Source: a virus (Duplodnaviria; Caudoviricetes). Taken from it: a stretch of DNA of 64,000 nucleotides. The notes beneath the pieces were generated by a model. That model had not been told where the DNA came from. It was given only the letters and a program-made list of their open reading frames with translations, and did no database searches. The stretch covers positions 1 to 64,000 of IMG/VR virus record IMGVR_UViG_3300029288_007060, one strand, 5' to 3'. A program made the position numbers and the translations under genes. Below are positions 1-6,368 of this stretch, piece after piece (the first letter of the stretch is position 1; every line of letters starts with the position of its first letter).

Positions 1-145
1 CATACGGCAAACCACGAGCCGGATACCAACGCAGGGTTTTGCTCTTCAGAACAGAAGGCATTGCCTCGTGTGCCAAGACCACAGAGTGCTCATCGCGGTA
101 CTCTTTCACCTGGTCGCAAAAATCCTTGAATGACTGTCGGTCCAT
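1..145 (-). CDS. hypothetical protein, runs off window edge (MDRQSFKDFCDQVKEYRDEH...)
   Basis: ATG at 145 preceded by AAGAAAGGAG RBS; frame open to base 1; absent from ORF track. Confidence 0.7.
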   Translation of the reverse strand, partial: MDRQSFKDFCDQVKEYRDEHSVVLAHEAMPSVLKSKTLRWYPARGLPY

Positions 146-167
146 GACTACTCCTTTCTTTGTTAAT

Positions 168-340
168 CCTTCTGCGTTTACACGGACTTAGGACCGTCAA
201 ACTGTGCTTGTAGGCGTGCGTCAACGCCTCGTTAGTTCGGGAGGGGAAGGCGGGAGATTGTTTCACTCCCGTCCTCCCATATTTACTCCCTAGTCGTAGT
301 TGATTTGCACTACGGCCTCTGCACATGTTTGGTCGCATTA
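168..340 (-). ncRNA. twister ribozyme Tw1 with ~135 nt multibranched P3 insertion
   Basis: Minus strand U^AA-UGCG-AC-[P3 CAAAC..GUUUG]-ACGG-UCCUAAGU-CCGU-GUAAA-CGCA-GAAGG; P2 UGCG/CGCA, P4 ACGG/CCGU, T1 CCU/AGG, T2 AC/GU all complementary. Confidence 0.85.
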
Positions 341-474
341 CGGACTGGCATTACCAGCCCTTTGTTCTATCTGTTTGGCCTTGTAGCTATACTCACGGCC
401 AAGTCATTAGTACCCGTCTTTCTGCACTTTGGCATCCGGTTATTAAGGCGTGTGATAGGTTTAAGTGTTTGATA

Positions 475-672
475 CTATTGACCTATTTCACCTCCTTGTT
501 GTAGTAGGACCACATCCTCACACCCACACCTGCATGTGAATATGAGTCTCTCAACCGTTTGTCCTGGCCTGTTAGGGTCAGGTATTCGCACAGGCCGCAT
601 GACGTACTTCGGGATAAAGTACAGGTATTTCGCCTCTATACCACAGCCTTGACAGCGGTATCTGTTTTCCAT
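475..672 (-). CDS. small Cys-rich (CxxC...CxCxC) putative Zn-binding protein
   Basis: ORF track; GGGAAAGG RBS. Confidence 0.7.
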   Translation of the reverse strand: MENRYRCQGCGIEAKYLYFIPKYVMRPVRIPDPNRPGQTVERLIFTCRCGCEDVVLLQQGGEIGQ

Positions 673-685
673 AGTGTACCTTTCC

Positions 686-1060
686 CTAGCTGAGATTCGC
701 TATTACAGAACGAATCCTATCCAGCTTGGCTTGCTCGACGACAGCCAAATCAGGCGTACACCCAGTTTGGTCTGCCGATTCCAGCAAATCATTGATGGCG
801 TTGAGCAGATTGCGACGGTCCTGGAACAGCATGTCCCAAGTACGGCACCATCGCTTATACACCCAAGTGTCCAGCCAGCCTATGGTCCAGCGGAAAACCC
901 AACGCTCACGGAAACTTAGGATTGGACGTCCCGGTGCCCATTCGCCCACTTGCGTTGCCTTATACCGCCAGACAGACTGCGGCCGCCAATAGTTTTTGTG
1001 ATATGGCGGCCCCGGCAACCATTGGAGCACATGTCGAATACGCTCTGCTACTCTTTTCAT
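686..1060 (-). CDS. hypothetical Trp-rich protein
   Basis: ORF track; AGAAAGG RBS directly after Tw2. Confidence 0.7.
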   Translation of the reverse strand: MKRVAERIRHVLQWLPGPPYHKNYWRPQSVWRYKATQVGEWAPGRPILSFRERWVFRWTIGWLDTWVYKRWCRTWDMLFQDRRNLLNAINDLLESADQTGCTPDLAVVEQAKLDRIRSVIANLS

Positions 1061-1074
1061 AGACTTACCTTTCT

Positions 1075-1135
1075 CCCTCTGTTTTTACCCTGGCTTGGGA
1101 CAGGCTAGCGACCTCTAGGTCGCCAGGCAACATTA
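1075..1135 (-). ncRNA. twister ribozyme Tw2
   Basis: U^AA-UGUU-GC-[CUGGCGACC UAGA GGUCGCUAG]-CCUG-UCCCAAGC-CAGG-GUAAA-AACA-GAGGG; matches twister core, T1 CCC/GGG. Confidence 0.92.
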
Positions 1136-1138
1136 CGT

Positions 1139-1285
1139 GTGTTTGGGCCGGTGTAGATACATCAAGGTTATCAGCCTCTCCCACTACTCCGTTTGACCTA
1201 CTCGTGTTGTACCTCCAGGTTGATGACCCTTCGGCATTTTCACTTCCGGCCGACGTTCCCGCTCGTCCTGCTCCTACCCAAACAC
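1139..1285 (-). ncRNA. unknown structured RNA between Tw3 and Tw2
   Basis: 9-bp closing stem GUGUUUGGG/CCCAAACAC, inner stems, no convincing ORF. Confidence 0.55.
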
Positions 1286-1297
1286 TAGAACTCTATG

Positions 1298-1358
1298 CCC
1301 TCTGTTTTTACCCTGGCTTGGGACAGGCTAGCGTCCATTGGCACGCCAGGCAACATTA
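1298..1358 (-). ncRNA. twister ribozyme Tw3
   Basis: Identical to Tw2 except the distal 10 nt of P3. Confidence 0.92.
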
Positions 1359-1439
1359 AGCTAGGCTTTACTTAATCTTTAGGTTATCGGCCAAGCCTAG
1401 AAAAAGCCGATAGAGCCTAACCCTACGGACAGCCGGACT

Positions 1440-1805
1440 TTATACCCGGCTATATTTCGATGCCGGTCCTCTGGACCCGTTCCACACCAACACCTTGCGA
1501 GTGCAAAGATAGTCAACCTCATGCTCAACCAAAGCACGGTCGTAGTCGGCGAGAGACTCGCAAATCTCGCCAATGTTCTTCGGCTCGCACAAGCACACAC
1601 GAATACCACGACGGACTTCTACCCGTTGTCCTTCGGTGTATCTGCTACGCCCTTGGTATGCGTCGGCAGATTGTGCTTCCAGTTCAGCTAACCGTCGTTT
1701 CTCGGCTTGGACCTGTTCGTGGGCGTGTGCCGCTATACGTTCAGCGTCTACAACCGCGATTTTTTGTTGCTTGATAGCTTCTAACAAACGCGGCAAATTT
1801 TCCAT
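1440..1805 (-). CDS. hypothetical protein, N-terminal coiled coil
   Basis: ORF track; GGAAAGGA RBS. Confidence 0.75.
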   Translation of the reverse strand: MENLPRLLEAIKQQKIAVVDAERIAAHAHEQVQAEKRRLAELEAQSADAYQGRSRYTEGQRVEVRRGIRVCLCEPKNIGEICESLADYDRALVEHEVDYLCTRKVLVWNGSRGPASKYSRV

Positions 1806-1820
1806 TGACCGTTCCTTTCC

Positions 1821-1972
1821 GGGGCAGTATAACCCCTTGATTGGTTTGGGTATTTTGTTCGCCGAGTGACGGTCTTTCGGTCGGCACGCGGATACCCAAC
1901 CGCGTTGATAGGCCAGGGTTTCGCTTTGAGCTATGGTAGCGTTATGCTACCTTTGCGTCCCATCCCTATCAA
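1821..1972 (-). ncRNA. unknown structured RNA with possible pseudoknot
   Basis: Stems UUGAUAGG/CCUAUCAA, GGUAGC/GCUACC, CGCGG/CCGCG (loop UUGGGUAU complementary to downstream AUACCCAA), UGCCGA/UCGGCG, GGGG/CCCC. Confidence 0.55.
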
Positions 1973-1982
1973 AAGCCTCTGG

Positions 1983-2186
1983 CTAATATCCTGTTCGACG
2001 CCCATAAACTTCATTGGCGTCGTTTGTTGCGCGACAATACTCCTGCTCACTGATGGCGTCCAAAAACCATGCCATCTCAATCATGCCTTTCAGTATGCGA
2101 TAATTCCCATATAAATCAGGTATCTCGCACACTTTAATCAGGCGGAGATATTCCTTGATTTTTCCCGTCGCTACTGACTTGGACAT
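1983..2186 (-). CDS. hypothetical protein, paralog of 3406-3627
   Basis: Start moved to ATG 2186 (GGAAAGGG RBS; longer ORF would run through Tw4). Confidence 0.75.
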   Translation of the reverse strand: MSKSVATGKIKEYLRLIKVCEIPDLYGNYRILKGMIEMAWFLDAISEQEYCRATNDANEVYGRRTGY

Positions 2187-2197
2187 GACTGTTCCCT

Positions 2198-2286
2198 TTC
2201 CCACTCTGCGTTGGCTCATCGGATTCGCCTTTGAGCTACCCAGGCTTGTGACTGGCTATGAGGAATCCCATAGGCCGCATTAGGAA
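2198..2286 (-). ncRNA. twister ribozyme Tw4 (P1, P3 and P5 present)
   Basis: UUCC-U^AA-UGCG-GC-[P3]-CCAG-UCACAAGC-CUGG-[P5 GCUCA..UGAGC]-CGCA-GAGUG-GGAA; T1 CAC/GUG. Confidence 0.93.
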
Positions 2287-2310
2287 TTGTTATTCTATCA
2301 TATCAAACAC

Positions 2311-2691
2311 TTAGAACGCCATACGGTAAGACACATATCCTGGTATCAGGGCGTTGTGTACCAGGTTGATAGTCTCAATCTCTACTGTCAAGCCCAGAAA
2401 CACCTTTCTCACTGGCGATGGCAATATCATGGCCAGCACTAAGGCTGCACCATTAGCCAGCACAAACGAACCCCATATCCTAGCCGCACCAGGATTGCGA
2501 CCTAAGAGCGGATTATTCTCGACGAACAACTGATCGGCTCTTATTCCCTCGTGCGGGTGTTTGAGCCTGTATCTCGTGCTCATGACATCATACACCGATT
2601 CCGCAACCAGAGTCGTCATCAAGGCTGTATCGTATCTATCCCAATCCGCTGGCATGACGGATACCGAAAGCATAGCTAGTGCGTAAAACAT
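2311..2691 (-). CDS. putative membrane protein with D..ST / ExNPL motif (DUF5658-like)
   Basis: Hydrophobic segments, signal-like N-terminus; start at ATG 2691 after GGAAAGGA RBS. Confidence 0.7.
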   Translation of the reverse strand: MFYALAMLSVSVMPADWDRYDTALMTTLVAESVYDVMSTRYRLKHPHEGIRADQLFVENNPLLGRNPGAARIWGSFVLANGAALVLAMILPSPVRKVFLGLTVEIETINLVHNALIPGYVSYRMAF

Positions 2692-2703
2692 GACTGTTTC
2701 CTT

Positions 2704-2764
2704 TCCCACTCTGCATTAGGGGCTTGTGACCCGCTAGTGGCAAATCCACTAGGCTGCATTAGGA
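2704..2764 (-). ncRNA. twister ribozyme Tw5
   Basis: UCC-U^AA-UGCA-GC-[CUAGUGG AUUUG CCACUAG]-CGGG-UCACAAGC-CCCU-AA-UGCA-GAGUG-GGA. Confidence 0.92.
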
Positions 2765-2808
2765 GGGCCATTATTTCAGGCCCTATGCTCTAATTGTTTG
2801 GCTCTAGC

Positions 2809-3072
2809 CTACTCTTTGACTTTGAGCGTGGCCACGTTTGCCGCGATGAAAGCCTTGATGTCGTCGCTGTGCGCCAACAAGGTATCCATTTGGCCCTTGT
2901 AGAGTGTGACCGGGAAGCGGCCCAAGCCGTAGATACTGACCGCGCCCTTGGGGCTGACCTTGAGCGTGAAGTGTTGGCGTGCCGCAGCCTTGGCCTTGAG
3001 AGCGTCGTTCTCGGTCTGGAAACGGGCGATTTCGGCTTTCAACTGTTCCGGGGTCATGTTGTTGATGTCCAT
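2809..3072 (-). CDS. conserved hypothetical protein (LKVSxKGAVSIYGLGRFPVTLY family)
   Basis: Motif recognised from a widespread small bacterial protein family; GAAAGGA RBS before ATG 3072. Confidence 0.8.
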   Translation of the reverse strand: MDINNMTPEQLKAEIARFQTENDALKAKAAARQHFTLKVSPKGAVSIYGLGRFPVTLYKGQMDTLLAHSDDIKAFIAANVATLKVKE

Positions 3073-3317
3073 GGTACCTAACAATCCTTTCACAAAGGCG
3101 GCGTAATTGCCGCAAAAAACCGCTTTCACTAAATGCGAAAAAAATCGACTTGACCAATCAGCGAGTAGGCAAACTTCACCATCCCCGCTTTTTGCAGTTG
3201 AATTTTTTTTCGCGTTTTCGCACAAAAACGCAAACGAAAACGACTTCACTTCCAACCGACTAGATACACTCACGCCTTGGCTTCCGCAAAATGCTCCTAA
3301 GGTATAATTGTACCTAA

Positions 3318-3380
3318 CCGTGTTCTGTGTTTACCAGGGCTTACAACCTGCTAACGGCTATCCATTAGGCCACATTGCGG
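3318..3380 (-). ncRNA. twister ribozyme Tw6
   Basis: CCG-C^AA-UGUG-GC-[CUAAUGG AUAG CCGUUAG]-CAGG-UUGUAAGC-CCUG-GUAAA-CACA-GAACA-CGG; T1 UGU/ACA. Confidence 0.9.
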
Positions 3381-3387
3381 CATATCC

Positions 3388-3781
3388 TATGTGTGTATGT
3401 GTGTGTTAGTGTCCTCGACGTGTTCTAACAACATCGTTCGCGGTCCACACATAGTCAAATTCTTCTTTTTCTGTTATCAAGTCACACTCTTGCGCCATGC
3501 CTATTAAACCGCCGGCATAGTGTAAAACATGGTCAAGGTCACATTCACAGCAACGTCCTAGATAATCAATTTGACGTTGTATTCTTTCCAATGCCTTAAA
3601 CCGACGAGCCGCAATGATTGGGTCCATTGTCTTGCCTTTCCGCGTCGCCTTTCGGTCGTCCGCGTTTTTTGCGCTCTCACTTTTAGCGCGTTTTTTTGAC
3701 TTCACCTAAAACCTACCAGACACACTCATCCCTTGGTGCCGGCCATGATACTTACCATGACCATATGTGTGTATGTGTGTG
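3388..3781. repeat. identical 18-mer TATGTGTGTATGTGTGTG at 3388-3405 and 3764-3781 (partial third copy 3900-3910)
   Basis: Direct comparison; CA-rich on the transcribed strand; adjacent to Tw6 and Tw7. Confidence 0.85.
3406..3627 (-). CDS. hypothetical protein, paralog of 1983-2186
   Basis: Start at ATG 3627 with GGAAAGG RBS. Confidence 0.75.
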   Translation of the reverse strand: MDPIIAARRFKALERIQRQIDYLGRCCECDLDHVLHYAGGLIGMAQECDLITEKEEFDYVWTANDVVRTRRGH

Positions 3782-3877
3782 CCTGTGACTCTGCGTTGGC
3801 TCATCGGACTCGCCTTTGAGCTACCAGGGCTTGTCACCTGCTAATGTCAGACAACAACATTAGGCCGCATTACCAGG
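3782..3877 (-). ncRNA. twister ribozyme Tw7 (P1, P3 and P5 present)
   Basis: CCUG-G-U^AA-UGCG-GC-[P3]-CAGG-UGACAAGC-CCUG-[P5 as in Tw4]-CGCA-GAGUC-A-CAGG; T1 GAC/GUC. Confidence 0.92.
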
Positions 3878-3916
3878 GCGCCCTAGTGGCGCCTATGTCT
3901 ATGTGTGTGTCTATGC

Positions 3917-4552
3917 CTATTTGACTATCGGACGACCCTTTGACGCATTGCGTCGTGCAATCTCGGCTAGTTGTTCCTGTGACAATGCGCCGACGGTTTC
4001 ACGAGGCGTGGCTTTGAGCTTGTCTAGTTGTGCTTTAAGACTGGCATACTTCTCGGCAATGGCCACGGATTCGGCGGACTCGATGTCGCGCTGCGTTACA
4101 GGTTTCGGCGTGCCAGACAATACCACGCGCTCGACCGACTTACCTGCGACAACCTTTCGTATGGTAATGACAGGCTTTCTTGCCGTTCTTACCAGGCGCT
4201 CATTTTCAGCCGTGAGCTTGTTGACTTGGCGCGTCATGGTAGCCTTGCGGGTTGACTCTAGCTTGTGAACATCAATGCCGTGAGCGACCAATTTTTGAGC
4301 AAAGGCAAACATCGCATCCTGTCCTTGCGCATTGGCGACCCATTCCAATGCCGCAACATGGTCTTTGGGCTTGGCATTGTGAGCTAAGGCTTGTTCTACG
4401 CTTGCCCTACCCGTGCGGTATAGGTCTAGCATGGTCGTTTTTTTGGGTGCGTGCCAGCCTTGGCAATGGCGAAAGTCGTGAGCCTCACCATTGACTCGCG
4501 CACGACTTAGCACGTCGCGATAATTCCTGTCTGTTCCGTCAACGATTGCCAT
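3917..4552 (-). CDS. hypothetical basic protein, first gene of the ribozyme operon
   Basis: Start at ATG 4552 with GGGAAAGGG RBS, downstream of the sigma54 motif. Confidence 0.75.
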   Translation of the reverse strand: MAIVDGTDRNYRDVLSRARVNGEAHDFRHCQGWHAPKKTTMLDLYRTGRASVEQALAHNAKPKDHVAALEWVANAQGQDAMFAFAQKLVAHGIDVHKLESTRKATMTRQVNKLTAENERLVRTARKPVITIRKVVAGKSVERVVLSGTPKPVTQRDIESAESVAIAEKYASLKAQLDKLKATPRETVGALSQEQLAEIARRNASKGRPIVK

Positions 4553-4604
4553 GATGTTTTCCCTTTCCCTTGTGGCGTAGCGTCCGCCGTTTGCATGAAT
4601 ACAA

Positions 4605-4620
4605 TGCAATCGTGGTGCCA
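4605..4620 (-). promoter_or_regulatory. sigma54 (RpoN) -24/-12 promoter
   Basis: TGGCACCACGATTGCA fits TGGCAC-N5-TTGCW consensus, ~50 nt upstream of first gene. Confidence 0.8.
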
Positions 4621-4824
4621 AAAAAATTCTTTAATGATTTCAGCTATGAATTTTTTGCGATGCGCAATCGTTTTTACACTTTTGAAAATTCCCTAATGAA
4701 ATCAGGCGCGATTTTTTTACGCACTAGGCAATTTTTTACACGTCGGAACGACGCGCTGCGTCATCGGGCGTCGTTCCTTATACGCGATTTAGCACGACTT
4801 TTTGGTCCTAGTCGCTCCAAAGCT

Positions 4825-4984
4825 CTATGCAAAGATTGCATAACGTGATCAAAAGGCGCGACATTGTTGTCATATCGTCAATAAACCACGCAATCTTTGC
4901 ATAGTTTGATCAAAAAGCGTATGACTCAAATGTCGCTATGGCGTGGGCGTCATAGTTTAGTTATACACTACGCAAAGATTGCGC
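4825..4984. promoter_or_regulatory. three GCAAAGATTGC quasi-palindromic sites, candidate enhancer (UAS) elements
   Basis: TATGCAA-AGA-TTGCATA 4826-4842; inverted 15-bp copy 4890-4904; third copy 4968-4984. Confidence 0.55.
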
Positions 4985-5659
4985 AGTAAGAAGCGAGAGA
5001 TAGGCAAGGAGCCCACCCATAAGACCATATTTGCACAATTTTATCAATGATTATGTTTCGACCAGCGCTCCTAGAGCGCCTATTAACACCTATCGATTTA
5101 GAGCGTATTAAATTTTTTTCCTACTCGTATGTCTACTGATTTTGAGACACATCAATTGTTTAATCTCTATAGCTTTACTAGAGTGACATCAACACCTATC
5201 ATTCCTGTCGGGCCCATTAGCACTCTCCACTCTGTCATACTTTATAGGCTCATTATAATTGTGAGCTCTCTCTCTCCTGACTCATTATATTATTTACCCT
5301 CCCTTAGTGAAATTTAAGGGTATAAATAATAAAAAAATATCCTTGTATTATCAAGGACTTAGAAATCGCATATTTTATATAGACTGATACGGATTATTGG
5401 GTATTCTTTAACACCGTATAGGTGAGCGGATTTTATAATAAAAAGATAATAAAATCATATATTTGGCATTGATTAATGGTATAGTGAGTTTAACGAGGCT
5501 TATTAATCACTTTTATACGGTCAGAAGAGGAAATTAATAGAGTAAGTTGCACATCTGGGTTGCATAATGTTAGGTAATGAACGTTGTCTTCTTGTTCTTC
5601 GTCTATCACATTATACCTTCCTGCTAGGATATAAGTATATAGAAATTTAAAATTTAGAT

Positions 5660-5854
5660 TCATTTAATTAACCACTGAGCTAAAAATTTCTTGACCGACA
5701 ACTCTACCAAATAGGCTTCTCCTACGTGTCCCTTTAACAATTTGATGGTCTTTTGTAATATAAAGTCCTGGCTCCAGCTTACAACCTTGCATAATCGCAC
5801 TGTGGGTTTGGGTAAAGCTGTAAGGTATAATACTTTAAATTTATTGTTCAACAT
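5660..5854 (-). CDS. hypothetical protein
   Basis: ORF track; AGGT RBS-like. Confidence 0.4.
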   Translation of the reverse strand: MLNNKFKVLYLTALPKPTVRLCKVVSWSQDFILQKTIKLLKGHVGEAYLVELSVKKFLAQWLIK

Positions 5855-6176
5855 AATACCTATCTACAAACTCAAGGGCGGCGTTGATAGTATCTGTAAT
5901 ATTCTCTGTTTTATATACTACGTGCAGCGCGCCCCAGAGTATCCCGCGTTGAATTTCCGCTAAACCTTGGGCTCTTAAGGCAGCATAGTATATTAGTTTA
6001 AACTTACCGTTCAATTTTATATTCCTCTAGGAAATCGCTTACTTCCTTATAAGTTGGTACTCCTACCTCGCCAACATAAAACATACATATAAAGTCTATC
6101 ATTTGTGTGATACTTGGTTTGGCCGGGAATCTCTTTTTTAATAGCAATGTTTTGTAAATGGCCTTAAATTTACCAT

Positions 6177-6368
6177 TCATATTACAAACTCCTTAACAAA
6201 AGTTATGATTTCGGACGAGGAACAATATCTGGTGTCGTAAGCTTTTAATATTTCGGCCGATATGGTATCTAATATAGTTCCTTCCGGGTCTATTATGTTA
6301 TTAATCTTTAGACCTGATCGTAGCGTAATTATATAAATTGATTTTATTCTATTATCCATGTATTGCAT
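6177..6368 (-). CDS. hypothetical protein
   Basis: ORF track; chain of overlapping minus-strand ORFs. Confidence 0.5.
   Translation of the reverse strand: MQYMDNRIKSIYIITLRSGLKINNIIDPEGTILDTISAEILKAYDTRYCSSSEIITFVKEFVI

Larger units (their letters stand above)
3147..3736 (+). repeat. three copies of bipartite motif GACTT(C/G)AC-N15-YA(C/A)ACT (3147-3175, 3242-3270, 3698-3726)
   Basis: Identical 15-nt spacing in all copies; copies 2 and 3 extend to CAYSCCTTGG; flanked by A/T tracts. Confidence 0.5.

Noticed and set aside
90-338. 82-aa minus-strand ORF, and N-terminal extensions of ORFs to 2219, 2709, 3273, 3705 and 4621
   Set aside because: They run through ribozymes, structured leaders or the promoter; downstream ATGs have clear GAAAGG RBSs
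1950-1964. c-di-GMP-I (GEMM) riboswitch suggested by UGGGACGCAAAG
   Set aside because: No upstream GGCAAAC/GNRA-capped P2 and no matching P3
2213-2222. Hammerhead core suggested by CCGAUGAG in P5 of Tw4/Tw7
   Set aside because: No stem II followed by GAAA and no UH site in the right geometry
461-2313. Inverted 13-mer TATCAAACACTTA near 461-473 and 2301-2313
   Set aside because: One 13-bp match is plausible by chance in 5 kb; no further support
1075-3877. CRISPR array or simple dispersed repeats
   Set aside because: Copies are irregularly spaced, separated by genes, and conserve pairing rather than sequence; no cas genes
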